Assembly (NCBI GenBank): GCA_964430885.1
Contig: CAYSHM010000013.1
Coordinates: 18,283-82,282, forward strand
From: an uncultured archaeon
Lineage (GTDB): Archaea > Thermoplasmatota > Penumbrarchaeia > JASLWR01
Length of the DNA stretch: 64,000 nucleotides
Reading direction: 5' to 3'
Position numbers and translations under genes: made by a program. The notes beneath the pieces were generated by a model. It worked only from the letters and a program-made list of their open reading frames with translations. It had not been told where the DNA came from and made no database searches. Below, piece after piece: positions 1-11,409 of this stretch (position 1 is the stretch's first letter; each line of letters starts with the position of its first letter).

Positions 1-1325
1 ATGTCGAAAATGAAATTATCTCCCGTAGTGCCTGCATTGGGTGAATTATCCCCCGTAAGTGTGGGATCGGCTGTATCAGTTAGGGTGAAGGTCTTGAAAT
101 GATACTGGTCCCAGTAGTCGCTTTGCTGGGATGCCGCAAAATCAGCATGAGTAACACTTACTGTGTAAGCGCCTTTGTACCAATATCCCATGTTGTTGAA
201 TATGAAGTGTGTGCCTTGAAGATTGACATAACCCATGCTGTCGGTTGTGCCGGAGAAGTGGTTTGAACCATTATGGACCATATTCACATTTGCTCCCTGG
301 ATCCCATTCCCCTGAGAATCCTTCACAAATACCTTGTCTGGATAGTTGACAGAAAGATTCCCGCCAGGCATAACGGTCCAGGTACCGTTCAGATTTGCAT
401 TGTAGTTGGTAAGGTTCAGAAGAGTGACATTGATATTATCATTTATGGAATCGGGCGATACATGAACACTGTTCACCAGGGTAGCATTGGTGATGGTGCA
501 GTCCGAGAGTGTGATGTCTCTCTCCGCACCCGTGACATAGACGTTCTGCTCTCCAGTGTTCTCAATAACACAATGGTCGATCACAGGAGTATAACTGATC
601 CCAATGCTTATCCCGATCCCGGTTGTATTGTGTATATATGTGTTCTGAATTATAGGTGAGCCGCCGCCTATCCAAATACCGGTCTTTGATGAATTGAATA
701 TCGTACATCCGGTTACGGTGGTCCCGGAGTTGGTCCTTATGGCACCGCTGTCATCCCCGCCGTCCCCGGTATTGTTGATGGTACAGTTATTGATTATGAA
801 CTCCTCGTCTCCAGTGACATATATGCCCCAGTCGCTGATCTCATTGATGAGACAGTGATTAACCTCCACGTGACTGGCGGCCAGATTGATACCGTCGCCC
901 TTCACTCCTAATGTAGCTTCCATGATGGTGGTGTAATTGATAAAGGCTTTACCGCCGTTCTCAACAATAATTCCCTCGTAACTGCCGTTTGTTACGTTCT
1001 CGGTTATGGTGACATAGCTGTTCCAGGTTCCGTCTATCACCAGTTTACCGCCGTTCTTGACAACTATGCTCCCGGCGCCGTGACTGCTGTCAATCTTCAC
1101 ATTTGTCCCTGCGGATATGTTCAGGGTCCAACCGGCTGTTATATTGAAAACATCATCGACAACTACATTGCCTGACCAGTCCTTGTTAGCCATGTTGATA
1201 TCCCCGGCATAATTGCCGTCTGCCCGGGCAGGAAGTATGGTCCAATCGTTGAATATTACTATGCATGAGAACAGCAGGATCGCTGTTACGCTCAATGATA
1301 CGTTTCTATTAAAACTACTTTTCAT
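1..1325 (-). CDS. Secreted right-handed parallel beta-helix (PbH1/NosD-like) repeat protein; partial, C-terminus beyond window start
   Basis: Minus-strand ATG at 1325 opens a frame that stays open to position 1 with no in-window stop, so it is absent from the ORF track. N-terminus MKSSFNRNVSLSVTAILLFSCIVIF is a signal/TM anchor. Body consists of ~22-residue turns rich in N-x-T sequons and G/N/I/V, typical of beta-helix repeats. Confidence 0.6.
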   Translation of the reverse strand, partial: MKSSFNRNVSLSVTAILLFSCIVIFNDWTILPARADGNYAGDINMANKDWSGNVVVDDVFNITAGWTLNISAGTNVKIDSSHGAGSIVVKNGGKLVIDGTWNSYVTITENVTNGSYEGIIVENGGKAFINYTTIMEATLGVKGDGINLAASHVEVNHCLINEISDWGIYVTGDEEFIINNCTINNTGDGGDDSGAIRTNSGTTVTGCTIFNSSKTGIWIGGGSPIIQNTYIHNTTGIGISIGISYTPVIDHCVIENTGEQNVYVTGAERDITLSDCTITNATLVNSVHVSPDSINDNINVTLLNLTNYNANLNGTWTVMPGGNLSVNYPDKVFVKDSQGNGIQGANVNMVHNGSNHFSGTTDSMGYVNLQGTHFIFNNMGYWYKGAYTVSVTHADFAASQQSDYWDQYHFKTFTLTDTADPTLTGDNSPNAGTTGDNFIFD

Positions 1326-1621
1326 ATTGTTCACCCTTCTACGGTTCAGAGTTTTGTTCATATTCTTTTTTAGTGGAAAAATGTACCTGACTATCAGGTT
1401 TCTATCAGGTAAGAATAGCAACCATTAATTCTTTCCTATTTATAACCTTTTCCTATAACTTATTACTGCGTATCAATCAGGACATATTTTCAATGAGAAC
1501 TGGGAGAGCCATTGCCTGTTTGAAGAATTGAGGCTGCTCCTGTGAGTAAGGTGGGGGAAAAACAATTGAAAATATAAATTTTCACTATTTCAGACAGGAT
1601 AAAATAATCCTTGATGACTAC

Positions 1622-1640
1622 TGTAAAAAATATATTAATA
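1622..1640 (+). promoter_or_regulatory. Candidate archaeal BRE/TATA element upstream of argS
   Basis: Sequence tgtaaaaaatatattaata: purine-rich BRE-like stretch followed by a TATA-like box ending at the first in-frame ATG. A TSS about 25 nt downstream would favour the internal start at 1718. Confidence 0.3.
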
Positions 1641-1717
1641 TGGGAAGTAATACCCTTTCGGTTGAAGGTGCCGTGAAAATGAATGAAGATGGTGTGAAGA
1701 ACGGGTGCAGTTTGTTC

Positions 1718-3511
1718 ATGGACAACCGCCATAAACTGATGAAGAAACTAACATTGTTGTTCGTAGAACTGAACATAGGGACAGCTCCGGTCTTGGAAAC
1801 CCCACCCAAGGGAATGGGGGATCTTGCCCTTCCCTGCTTTTCGCTTGCACGGGAGCTGAAGAAGAGCCCGGCAGTCATCGTTGCAGATCTAACAGAAGCA
1901 ATGAATACCAAGATGGGTGATATGAAGAACATATTTCATGTTGAGTCTAAGGGGCCTTATGTCAACTTCACCTACAGGGACGATTACCTGATGAGAACGG
2001 TGCTGCCGAATGTTCTGAAGAGAGGTAAGGAATACGGTTCCTTTCCAGGTCTGGAGGGCCGAATAATCCTTGAACATACCTCGGCAAATCCCAACGGACC
2101 CTTCCATGTAGGCCGGGCCAGAAATCCCATAATAGGCGACACACTCGCCAGGGTGCTGAGGAAGCGGGGGCATGATGTGGAGGTCCAGTACTGGGTGAAC
2201 GATATGGGCCGTCAGGCTGCCACCCTTGCCTGGGGTAAAAAGAACATAACCCTCGAGGCCAATACGGCCGGTGATTTCGGAATTGACGGGAATGGTTTTT
2301 CTGAAAAACCGGACCATATGCTGGTTCCCTATTACCAGAAAGCCCATTCCCGTATAAGGGAAAATCCAGAATTGGAATCGGAGATCGACAATATCCTGCT
2401 GAGGATAGAGGAAGGCGATAGGGAGATCAAGGATTATGTTCAGCATTATGCCAAAAAGGTACTTGAAGGCATGAAGGGGACCCTGGAAGGATTGAATATC
2501 ATGCACGACAAGTTCGTATGGGAATCCCAGAGTGTAGAGAGCGGTTCAGTAGGGAAGGTGATATCCACCCTCAGTGAAAGCAGCTATGCGTACGCTACCG
2601 AGGGGGCATGGTATCTTGAACTGGAGGATTTCGGTATACAGGGCCGGAGCACCAAGTTCTTTTTCACCAGAGGGGACGGGACGTCACTATACACAACCAG
2701 GGATCTGGCCTATCACCTGGACAAGATGAAAGAGGCCAACAGACTGATAAATGTTCTGGGAGAGGACCACAAGCTCCAGGCAAAACAGCTCAACATCGCC
2801 CTTGAGCTTTTGGATGCTCGGATCCTTCCTGAAAGCGTGTTCTACAGCTTCGTCTCCCTGGAGGACGGCAAGATGTCCACCAGGAAGGGCCAGGTCGTTT
2901 ATCTGGATGATCTTATCAGCGAAGCTGTTCACCGGGCCTATTTGGAGGTTCTAAGAAGAAGGCCGGAACTGGATGAGGACCGGAAGAAAGAGATAGCCGA
3001 AATAGTTGGTCTGGGGTGCATCAGATACAATATCATACGTGTCCAGCCTGACAAGAAGATCACCTTCAGGTGGTCCGACGCCCTGAACTTTGACGGGGAC
3101 AGTTCACCTTTCATGCAGTATGCCCATGCCAGATGCTGCGGGATACTCGACAAGGCGGAGGAGAAGGGGATTGTCACCCCGGAGCCTTCCGAATTGGATA
3201 AAATATTTGACGATCTCCATGACCTTGGCTATCATCCAAGCGAGGTGGAGATTATTAAGAAGATCGCGGAATTCCCGGATGTGGTCAGAGAGGTGTCCGA
3301 AACCTTCAAGCTACACCGGATTCCCGAATATCTGCAGGAGGCTGCTTCCGCATTCAATACCTTCTATCAGGACTGCCCTGTGCTTAAAGATGAGCCCAAT
3401 GGTCAGGATGAACAAAGGAGAAGGTTCCGACTGTGCATAGTTAAAGCTTCCCGCACAGTGATCGCTGAAGGACTGGTCCTCCTTGGTATCAGCGCTCCGA
3501 GGAGCATGTGA
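1718..3511 (+). CDS. argS: Arginine--tRNA ligase (class I)
   Basis: ORF 1640..3511. Conserved PPKGMGDLALPCF N-terminal motif, HIGH-like PNGPFHVGRARN and KMSTRKG (KMSKS). Start placed at ATG 1718 so that ~26 aa precede the PP..GDLA motif as in archaeal ArgRS; 1640 and 1739 are alternatives. Confidence 0.9.
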   Translation: MDNRHKLMKKLTLLFVELNIGTAPVLETPPKGMGDLALPCFSLARELKKSPAVIVADLTEAMNTKMGDMKNIFHVESKGPYVNFTYRDDYLMRTVLPNVLKRGKEYGSFPGLEGRIILEHTSANPNGPFHVGRARNPIIGDTLARVLRKRGHDVEVQYWVNDMGRQAATLAWGKKNITLEANTAGDFGIDGNGFSEKPDHMLVPYYQKAHSRIRENPELESEIDNILLRIEEGDREIKDYVQHYAKKVLEGMKGTLEGLNIMHDKFVWESQSVESGSVGKVISTLSESSYAYATEGAWYLELEDFGIQGRSTKFFFTRGDGTSLYTTRDLAYHLDKMKEANRLINVLGEDHKLQAKQLNIALELLDARILPESVFYSFVSLEDGKMSTRKGQVVYLDDLISEAVHRAYLEVLRRRPELDEDRKKEIAEIVGLGCIRYNIIRVQPDKKITFRWSDALNFDGDSSPFMQYAHARCCGILDKAEEKGIVTPEPSELDKIFDDLHDLGYHPSEVEIIKKIAEFPDVVREVSETFKLHRIPEYLQEAASAFNTFYQDCPVLKDEPNGQDEQRRRFRLCIVKASRTVIAEGLVLLGISAPRSM

Positions 3512-3706
3512 CGGGATTTACATTTGAGTAAATTTCCTAATATGCAGAAAATATACATATACTACATTTCAATATCAATTAAGGATTGTATCCAAAGATA
3601 TGTTCTCAATGAGAGGATATGGGGGTATTATCCGTCTCTATAGGGCATATAATACAAGTCCGGAGGGTATAGGATCAAGAAGAATACCGGTAAGTTTCTG
3701 GTAGCC

Positions 3707-4858
3707 TTGGCTTTTCTTTTCTTCACAGGATTCAGCATGGCCTACTATTTTCAGACAGGCAGCATATCGGCTATTCTTCCGTATCTCATCACTATTATGG
3801 GTGCTTCCTTCCTTATTCTTCTCACAGTCCATTACACGACCAGTCAGCAGGATAAGCTGATGAACACAGTTGCTTCCATCCTCTATGACAAGGCAATTGC
3901 CCTGGACAAGGAGAGAGAGAAGAACCAGGATGAATCCGGGGATATGATAGCACAGGGTGATTCCACAGCCAAGGGCAAGGGAATCATACCCATTGACAAA
4001 CCCAGCGTAGATTTTGCCAATGTAGGGGGACTGGAACGTGTGAAGGAGGAGATCAGAAAGGCAATAATCTACCCTTTCGATCATCCTGAGCTATACACAC
4101 TTTACGGAAAGCGGATAGGCGAGGGTATACTTCTTTACGGCCCTCCCGGCTGCGGAAAGACCTTTATCAGCAGAGCAACTGCCGGGGAAGCAAAGGCTTC
4201 ATTTATCAATATCAAGCTCAGCGATATCCTCAGCAAATGGGTAGGGCAGAGCGAAAGAAAGATCTCCGAGGCCTTCGAGACCGCCGCCAAGAATAAACCG
4301 GCTATTCTATTTTTCGACGAGGTGGACGCTCTGGGGTCCAAGAGAGGGGACATGTCCCAGGACCATACCAACCGGCTGGTGAATTCCCTTCTGATGGAGA
4401 TGGACGGTTTTGCGGGACCCAAAGAGCAGGTTCTGATACTAGCAGCCACCAATGAACCCTGGAATGTGGATTCCGCCCTCAAACGGCCGGGCAGGTTCAG
4501 CAAACTGCTTTTCATCCCCCCGCCTGATTTCGAGGCCCGATACCAGATCCTCAAGATACTTGCCGAGAACAAACCGGTATCACCCCTAGTTGACCTGAAG
4601 ATGATCGCCAAGAAGACCGCTGGATACTCAAGTGCCGATCTGGAGCAGATAGTAGAGGAGGCTGCGGACATACCCCTCAAGGAGGCAATATCTGGTAAGA
4701 AGTCAAGAGCAATAAACGAGAGCGATTTTTTCAGGGTCCTCAAGAAGCGCTCTTCTTCCATCCTGCCCTGGTTCAAACACGCAAAGGAGCAGCTGATAAT
4801 CAGAGACTGCAGGGATGAGTTCCAGGAACTTTGGAGATTTGTTAAAAAAATAAAATAG
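3707..4858 (+). CDS. Membrane-anchored AAA+ ATPase
   Basis: Two N-terminal hydrophobic helices, then Walker A GPPGCGKT, Walker B ILFFDEVD and second region of homology. C-terminus ends FVKKIK, so no HbYX motif. Confidence 0.8.
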   Translation: MAFLFFTGFSMAYYFQTGSISAILPYLITIMGASFLILLTVHYTTSQQDKLMNTVASILYDKAIALDKEREKNQDESGDMIAQGDSTAKGKGIIPIDKPSVDFANVGGLERVKEEIRKAIIYPFDHPELYTLYGKRIGEGILLYGPPGCGKTFISRATAGEAKASFINIKLSDILSKWVGQSERKISEAFETAAKNKPAILFFDEVDALGSKRGDMSQDHTNRLVNSLLMEMDGFAGPKEQVLILAATNEPWNVDSALKRPGRFSKLLFIPPPDFEARYQILKILAENKPVSPLVDLKMIAKKTAGYSSADLEQIVEEAADIPLKEAISGKKSRAINESDFFRVLKKRSSSILPWFKHAKEQLIIRDCRDEFQELWRFVKKIK

Positions 4859-5010
4859 CATTAAATCGAGCAAGGTGGAAAAATATTTAGTTCAGGTGTG
4901 ATATAGGGAAGGCAAAAGTCCACGGATTCAGATCAATAATATTTCAATAATATCAGTAATATCAATAGGACTAATGATCCGGAATTAATACATTTCAGGG
5001 GAGACACAAG

Positions 5011-5742
5011 ATGCAACCGAGCAATATGGCATATGACAGGGCGATAACCGTTTTCTCGCCGGACGGCAGACTGTTCCAGGTGGAATACGCTAGGGAAGCC
5101 GTAAAGAGAGGAACGACTACTGTTGGATTGAAGTACGACAATGGTGTGCTTCTGATGATAGAGAAGAGGATAACAAGCAGGCTTATCGAGGCGGCCTCCA
5201 TCGAGAAGATATTCAGGATAGATGATCATGTAGGGTGCGCTACCTCGGGTCTGGTTGCCGATGCCAGGGTCCTTGTTGAGAGGGCCCAGCTCGAGGGACA
5301 GATACACAGGATAACCTACGGGGAGAAGACCACTGTGGATTCCCTTGTAAAGAAAATCTGCGATTTCAAACAGAACTACACCCAGTTCGGAGGCGTCAGA
5401 CCCTTCGGGACTGCTCTTCTCATTGCAGGCTTCGATGAACAGGGACTGCATCTATACGAGACAGATCCCAGCGGAGCGGTGATCGCCTACAAGGCTGCTA
5501 GCATAGGGGCGGGACGTGATACGGTTGTCAGGGTTTTCGAGGAGAAATACAAGGACAACATGAGCAAGAAGGATGCAATAGAGCTGGGTCTTGAGGCCCT
5601 CATGGAGTCCTCGGAGAAATCCGTGGAGACCGATAGGATCGAGATAGGTCTTATCACCAAGGACCAGAAGTTCAGTTTACTGTCCCCTGAAGAGGTTGCC
5701 AAGTATGCGAAGCCCTTCATGAAGAAGATTTCCAAGGAATGA
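5011..5742 (+). CDS. psmA: 20S proteasome alpha subunit
   Basis: N-terminal [27 protein letters not shown] is the canonical alpha-subunit signature. GGGGAG RBS-like element 8 nt upstream. Confidence 0.95.
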   Translation: MQPSNMAYDRAITVFSPDGRLFQVEYAREAVKRGTTTVGLKYDNGVLLMIEKRITSRLIEAASIEKIFRIDDHVGCATSGLVADARVLVERAQLEGQIHRITYGEKTTVDSLVKKICDFKQNYTQFGGVRPFGTALLIAGFDEQGLHLYETDPSGAVIAYKAASIGAGRDTVVRVFEEKYKDNMSKKDAIELGLEALMESSEKSVETDRIEIGLITKDQKFSLLSPEEVAKYAKPFMKKISKE

Positions 5743-5798
5743 TTGGACAGCCTCAAGGAAATGATTGATCTATAAATATAAACTAAAAAGGTGAAAAA

Positions 5799-6494
5799 AT
5801 GATATCCCTTGATGATGCGGTGGTTGCCCGATTGGATAGTCACGGAGAACGCTTTGAGGTATTGGTAGACCCGGATGTGGCCAAGGCTGTAAAGGAGGGT
5901 GAGGAGGTGGATCTCATGGAAGGCTTGGCTGCAGAATATATATTCAAGGATTCTTCCAAAGGCGACCGGGCTGCAGAGGAGAGTCTGGAAAAGGTTTTCG
6001 GAACCCAGAATGTTAAGGAAATTGCTCTTCAGATCATATTGAAAGGGGACATACAGCTGACCCAAGCCCAGAGAAAGGAGATGGTGGAGGTAAAGAAGAG
6101 CAAGATACTGGATATTATTGTGACGAACTCCATCAATCCCCAGACAAACACGCCGCATCCCCGACAGAGGATCGAACTGGCCATAGAGGAAGCCAAGATA
6201 CACATCAGTCCCTTCTCCAAAGTGGACGAACAGGTCAAGGAGATAATGGATAAGCTGAGACCCCTCATTCCCATAAAGTTCGAGACCCTGATCTTTGCGG
6301 TCAGGCTTTCTGCAGAGGAATACGGCAAGTGTTTCGGGACCATCAAGGACATAGGTGAATTGACAAGACAGGAATGGCAGAAGGACGGCAGCTGGATAGG
6401 AATCGTTCAGATACCGGCAGGTCTTAAACTGGAATTGTTCGACAGACTTAACTCCAAAACCCACGGTGCTGTTGAGATAAAAGAGATCGAGTGA
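5799..6494 (+). CDS. SBDS/Sdo1 family ribosome maturation protein
   Basis: 231 aa. FYSH-domain-like N-terminus (GERFEVLVDPD). Conserved position between psmA and rrp4 in the archaeal exosome superoperon. Confidence 0.8.
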   Translation: MISLDDAVVARLDSHGERFEVLVDPDVAKAVKEGEEVDLMEGLAAEYIFKDSSKGDRAAEESLEKVFGTQNVKEIALQIILKGDIQLTQAQRKEMVEVKKSKILDIIVTNSINPQTNTPHPRQRIELAIEEAKIHISPFSKVDEQVKEIMDKLRPLIPIKFETLIFAVRLSAEEYGKCFGTIKDIGELTRQEWQKDGSWIGIVQIPAGLKLELFDRLNSKTHGAVEIKEIE

Positions 6495-6641
6495 TCAGTC
6501 CCCTGGTTTATTACAAGTCCGCCTGCGGGTTCTGCACCTGCCTGATTATTTCCATAGCCCACGGGTATTTCCAACAGTTCCTGGGAGTTTCGAAAGTCGA
6601 TTTTAATGCTGATGATGAATTATTGAAAGGGGTAGTAACAA

Positions 6642-7352
6642 TTGAGCTTTAAAGAGGGTATTGATGAGGAGGAAAGCGGAAATTCCGTCAGAAACAGGGA
6701 GGTGGTGACACCAGGGGAGGAGTTGTACACATCCGAAGAGATGTATCCCGGTGATGGAGTGGATGTTGAGAACGGCAGCATCTATTCCACAATTCTTGGG
6801 ATGAAGTCCATCAATTCAGGCTATGTTAATATTCTTCCGTTGAATACTGTCTATATGCCCATCAAAGGAGATCAGGTCATAGGAAGTATAGTCAATGTTA
6901 AACCCATGAACTGGCTGGTTGATATCAATGCCCCGGAACTGCTTTCGCTCCACGTGAGTTCCGTGCCCTGGAACGTTGATTACGGGGATACCGAAAGATT
7001 CCTTAAGGTGGGTGATGCGGTCATCCTTAAGATCGTGGATGTCAATTCCCTTAATAGAATGGAAGCAACAATGAAGGGAAGAGGGCTTCGGAAACTCAAC
7101 AAGGGTTTCATTCTGCGTATCAATCCCGCCAAGGTTCCCAGGCTTATCGGCAAGGGCGGATCTATGATATCCCTTATCAGAGGGTATACCCAGTGCAAGC
7201 TTTTCGTGGCCCAGAACGGATTGATTTGGATCAAGGGGAGAAGCGAAATGGTGCCCCGGATCAAGCATGTTGTGGATATGGTCGAGGAACGCGCTCATCA
7301 TTCTGGATTGACCGACAAGGTGAAGAGCTACCTCATGGACCTGGCAAAGTAG
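6642..7352 (+). CDS. rrp4: Exosome complex RNA-binding protein Rrp4 (S1 + KH domains)
   Basis: TTG start. S1-like central region and C-terminal KH motif (LIGKGGSMISLIRGYTQCKLFVAQNGLIWIKG). Synteny with psmA and SBDS. Confidence 0.85.
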   Translation: MSFKEGIDEEESGNSVRNREVVTPGEELYTSEEMYPGDGVDVENGSIYSTILGMKSINSGYVNILPLNTVYMPIKGDQVIGSIVNVKPMNWLVDINAPELLSLHVSSVPWNVDYGDTERFLKVGDAVILKIVDVNSLNRMEATMKGRGLRKLNKGFILRINPAKVPRLIGKGGSMISLIRGYTQCKLFVAQNGLIWIKGRSEMVPRIKHVVDMVEERAHHSGLTDKVKSYLMDLAK

Positions 7353-7525
7353 ATCCGGATGTTATTACAGCCACGATTCTCGAATTCGAACTCTTATTTA
7401 GCTTTCATATGAGAAACAAAGCTCAATTTATCCCTTATCAATTATTACCAATACCTATTTAATCAATCTTGAATTATAGTCGAAGAAGTTAGACCGCCGT
7501 ATGGCGCGATAGAGGATTGTAATAG

Positions 7526-10324
7526 GTGATAGAGTTGGAGATCAAGTACAATGCCCAGGAAATTGAGATCAAATGGCAGAAGAAATGGAGAGAAGAAGGC
7601 ATATTCAATGTAGAGGCCAGCGACGACAAGGAAAAATTCTACTGTTTGGAGATGTATCCCTACCCCTCGGCCACTCTCCATATGGGCCATTTGCGTAATT
7701 ATTCAATAGGGGACTGCCTGGCCCGTTTCCAGCGGATGCATGGTAAGAACGTTCTCTATCCTATGGGTTACGATGCCTTCGGTATGCCTGCGGAGAATGC
7801 CGCCATCCTCCATGGAGCCCAGCCCAAGAAATGGACCTGGGATAATATCAAGAATATAGGCCAGCAGCAGAGAAGAATGGGTCTGAGCTACGACTGGGAC
7901 CGCCAGATACAGAGCTGCGACGAGGATTATTACCGATGGAACCAGTGGATCTTCCTGAAACTGCTTGAAAAGGGACTCGTAAAACGAAAGAAATCCTTTG
8001 TGAACTGGTGCAGTGAGTGTACCACCGTACTTGCCAACGAGCAGGTTATCAACAACAGGTGCTGGAGGTGCTCAACCGAGATACAGCCTCTGGAGAAGGA
8101 GCAGTGGTTCTTCGGTATCCGGAAATACGCAGATGAGCTTTTGGAATCCCTGGATGATCTGGACTGGCCTGACAGGGTCAAATCAATGCAGAGTAACTGG
8201 ATAGGCCGAAGTGAAGGGACCATAATCAAGTTCGAGATCAAGGATACCGGAAAGGAGATTCCAATATTCACCACCAGACCCGATACACTTTTCGGTGTCA
8301 CATTCATGGTATTCGCACCTGAGCATCCCTGGGTAAAGGAATGGGTCAAGGGTACCGAGTATCAGGATGAGTTCGAGGCATTTCTGGCGGAAGTACTCAA
8401 GGAGGACAAGTTCAAAAGGATGGATGCCAGCAGGGACAAGAAGGGCATGTTCACAGGCAAGTACGCCGTTAATCCCATAAACGGACGTGAGGTTCCGGTA
8501 TATGTAGGTAATTTTGTGATCTACGGGTATGGTGCAGGTGCCGTCATGGCAGTACCTTCACATGACCAGAGGGATTTCGAGTTCGCAAAGGAGCATGATA
8601 TCCCTATTATTGTTGTGATCAATCCGCCAGGATATTCCATCAATGCCGAGAAGATGGCAAGGGCGTACGAGGGTAACGGTGAGCTGGTGAACTCTGGAGA
8701 GTTCACGGGTTTCAGGAGCGAGGAGGCCCAGGATTACATATCTGATAAACTAGCAGAGATGAATAAGGGCGGTAAGACCGTTGACTATCGTCTTCGGGAC
8801 TGGCTCATATCCCGCCAGAGGTACTGGGGGACACCCATACCCATGGTCTACTGCGATAAATGCGGCGTTGTGCCGGTGCCCTACGAGGAGCTCCCTGTAA
8901 AGCTTCCGGATGATGTGATATTCACAGGTGACTGCAATCCCCTGGAGACCTCGGAGAGCTTTGTCAATACCGGCTGTCCCCAGTGCGGGGAGCCCGCCAG
9001 GAGGGAGACTGATACCATGGACACCTTCGTTGACAGCTCCTGGTATTTCCTGAAATACTGCTCACCCCGGACCGAGGATTTTCCCTTCAACCGTGATGAT
9101 GTCAACTACTGGATGGCGGTTGACCAGTACATTGGGGGCATAGAGCACGCTACTGGACATTTGATCTATGCACGGTTCTTCACCAAGGCCATGAGGGATA
9201 TGGGTCTTCTGGATTTCAATGAGCCCTTCGGCAGGCTCATGACCCAGGGAATGGTTAATAAGGAAGCGGCATACTGTCAGGAGTGCGATGTGTTCTTCCA
9301 TCCTGACAAGGTGAAGGACAGTGATGACTGTCCCGAATGCGGAAACCACCTGGGACAGAGAATTACAAAGATGTCCAAGAGTCTGGGGAATACTGTTAGT
9401 CCCGATAATGTCATCAAGGAGTTCGGGGCAGACTCTGCCCGCTTCTTCATATTGTCAGGGTCCAATCCCCGAAGGGACCTGGCCTGGTCTGATGAGGGTA
9501 TAGAGACAACCTACCGGTTCATGGATAAGACCTACAGGCTTCTCATGGAACCCCCCAAGGATGTAAAGAATGGAGGTCTGGACGCCTGGGATGAATTGAT
9601 GGAATACCGACTGAATTCCACAATCCGCAATGTCACCCATGAACTTGCAGAGCTCATGATACGTGACGCCATAAATTCAATAATTAGGTTCATCAATCAG
9701 CTTTCTGCTTATAAGAAGGGAATTGTAGAGAAGGAACTCTACGATAGGTCAGTGGACTCTCTGATGCTTATGCTGGCCCCCATCGTGCCTCATATGGCCG
9801 AGGAGATTAATCAGCACAGGGGAAGCGCCGAATTTGCCTCCCTCCGCATGTGGCCAGGGTATGATGAAGAGATGCTGGGCGAGGTTACAGAGTTCAAATG
9901 GGATATGCTTGACGCTGTTATCGAAGACATAAAGGATATTCTCGTTATCATCGGTAAGGAGGAGGTGGAAGGGATAAAGCTCTTTACGGCTGATAGCTGG
10001 AAATACAGGTTCGTTGATATATTCAGGGAGGAGTTCCGGAAAACAAAGAATTTCGGGGAGATAATGTCCAGGATGATGAGGGAGGAGAAACTTAGAAAGC
10101 ATGGGAAGACCATTAACAGGATGATAGCCCAGTTCCTGAAAAAACCCAGCCTGGCCCCGGATATTCTCCTGGATTCAGAGTCAGAATTTGAGTTCTTTGA
10201 TTTGGTAAAGATTATTCTTGAGAAGAGGTTCAACTGCCCAGTTGCAGTCGAGTTTGAGGGAACCACCCAGGAGAAGAAGGCCGGTAAGGCTCTCCCGGGC
10301 AAACCTGCCATAATTATCCAGTAG
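7526..10324 (+). CDS. leuS: Leucine--tRNA ligase (archaeal type)
   Basis: GTG start. [14 protein letters not shown] (HIGH), KMSKSLGN (KMSKS), editing CP1 domain and zinc-binding Cys pairs. 932 aa. Confidence 0.95.
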   Translation: MIELEIKYNAQEIEIKWQKKWREEGIFNVEASDDKEKFYCLEMYPYPSATLHMGHLRNYSIGDCLARFQRMHGKNVLYPMGYDAFGMPAENAAILHGAQPKKWTWDNIKNIGQQQRRMGLSYDWDRQIQSCDEDYYRWNQWIFLKLLEKGLVKRKKSFVNWCSECTTVLANEQVINNRCWRCSTEIQPLEKEQWFFGIRKYADELLESLDDLDWPDRVKSMQSNWIGRSEGTIIKFEIKDTGKEIPIFTTRPDTLFGVTFMVFAPEHPWVKEWVKGTEYQDEFEAFLAEVLKEDKFKRMDASRDKKGMFTGKYAVNPINGREVPVYVGNFVIYGYGAGAVMAVPSHDQRDFEFAKEHDIPIIVVINPPGYSINAEKMARAYEGNGELVNSGEFTGFRSEEAQDYISDKLAEMNKGGKTVDYRLRDWLISRQRYWGTPIPMVYCDKCGVVPVPYEELPVKLPDDVIFTGDCNPLETSESFVNTGCPQCGEPARRETDTMDTFVDSSWYFLKYCSPRTEDFPFNRDDVNYWMAVDQYIGGIEHATGHLIYARFFTKAMRDMGLLDFNEPFGRLMTQGMVNKEAAYCQECDVFFHPDKVKDSDDCPECGNHLGQRITKMSKSLGNTVSPDNVIKEFGADSARFFILSGSNPRRDLAWSDEGIETTYRFMDKTYRLLMEPPKDVKNGGLDAWDELMEYRLNSTIRNVTHELAELMIRDAINSIIRFINQLSAYKKGIVEKELYDRSVDSLMLMLAPIVPHMAEEINQHRGSAEFASLRMWPGYDEEMLGEVTEFKWDMLDAVIEDIKDILVIIGKEEVEGIKLFTADSWKYRFVDIFREEFRKTKNFGEIMSRMMREEKLRKHGKTINRMIAQFLKKPSLAPDILLDSESEFEFFDLVKIILEKRFNCPVAVEFEGTTQEKKAGKALPGKPAIIIQ

Positions 10325-10336
10325 AGCTGATAGGTT

Positions 10337-11320
10337 ATGAACAATGAGGTAATCGCAGGCGTTGATGTAGGCGGTACCAAGATATCTGTGTGTCTAGCGG
10401 ATAGAAGAGGTATTCTTTTAAATTGCTTGGAGCCTACGGTTCTGGAGGGTCCGGCTGATTCTATACCTTGTCAGATAATAGGAATGATAGAGAGGCTTTG
10501 TATGGCTGCGGGTATGGAGAAGGGAGGTCTGAAGGGTGTGGGCGTGAGCTCCGCAGGCCCGTTCATGCTCATTAACGGACTTATTAACTTGGTCTCACCT
10601 AACATATGCGGAGCTTTGGCTCCGGAGAGAGGCATTATTCCCAATGATTGGTCGGCTGTGGCTATTGAGAAAGTGCTGGCGAATGCCCTGCCAGAAGTTG
10701 TTATTCGGAATGACGCTGTTGCTGGAGCTGTTGCCGAGAGGACCTTGGGTTCGGCCAAGGATGCGGATAATCTTGTCTATGTGACCTGGAGCACAGGAAT
10801 TGGTACTGGGGCATTTGTTGACGGCAGGCTTATTGAGGGGAAGAACGGCAACGCACCTCACGGAGGCCACATATTTCTTCTTGAAGAAGGTCCCTTGTGC
10901 GGATGCGGTAACAGGGGAGATCTGGAATCTCTCGCCTCGGGTACAGCCATCGCCAGGGATTACGGTCAGGATGTTGATACTGCGGAGGTTTTCCGGCGGT
11001 ATCATCTTGGAAACGATGATAAGGCAAAGGAAGTTATTGATAGGGCCGCCGGGCTTTTCGCTCGGGGTTTAGCATCCATCAATGCAGTGCTTGATACAAA
11101 GGTCATTGTAATAGGTGGAAGTGTGTTCCTGAACAACGTGGAACTTCTTTTACCCAAGATCAGGGATATTTTTTATTCCACATTTTCAGTGCTCTCAGAT
11201 AACGTCGAAATTGTTCCCTCCACATTGGCATCCTACCTGCCGGACCTTGCGAGTCTGTCCCTTGCGATGGATGATGATTGGTGCAAAAACTGGCATTCAA
11301 ATAGACCTTGGCTTGATTGA
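10337..11320 (+). CDS. ROK family sugar kinase (glucokinase-like)
   Basis: N-terminal VIAGVDVGGTK ATP-binding motif and ROK zinc motif GPLCGCGNRGDLESLASG. Confidence 0.85.
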   Translation: MNNEVIAGVDVGGTKISVCLADRRGILLNCLEPTVLEGPADSIPCQIIGMIERLCMAAGMEKGGLKGVGVSSAGPFMLINGLINLVSPNICGALAPERGIIPNDWSAVAIEKVLANALPEVVIRNDAVAGAVAERTLGSAKDADNLVYVTWSTGIGTGAFVDGRLIEGKNGNAPHGGHIFLLEEGPLCGCGNRGDLESLASGTAIARDYGQDVDTAEVFRRYHLGNDDKAKEVIDRAAGLFARGLASINAVLDTKVIVIGGSVFLNNVELLLPKIRDIFYSTFSVLSDNVEIVPSTLASYLPDLASLSLAMDDDWCKNWHSNRPWLD

Positions 11321-11409
11321 TTTATTGAACCTTTCCAAAATCGGAGTACCTTTCAAATACGAAAATCATCTATTATCACTGTGTAATATCTGAGTGATGA
11401 TTTGATTTA

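Noticed and set aside
273-659. 128-aa plus-strand ORF
   Set aside because: Lies antisense inside the long minus-strand beta-helix CDS (1..1325). No motifs and composition typical of reverse-frame translation.
1889-2506. 205-aa minus-strand ORF
   Set aside because: Antisense to the well-supported argS gene and has no conserved motifs.
4841-4858. Looked for a C-terminal HbYX proteasome-docking motif on the AAA ATPase
   Set aside because: C-terminus is FVKKIK, with no hydrophobic-Tyr-X, so a direct 20S-activator call is not supported.
5487-6464. 325-aa minus-strand ORF
   Set aside because: Antisense to psmA and SBDS, both strongly supported. Leucine-rich reverse-frame artefact.
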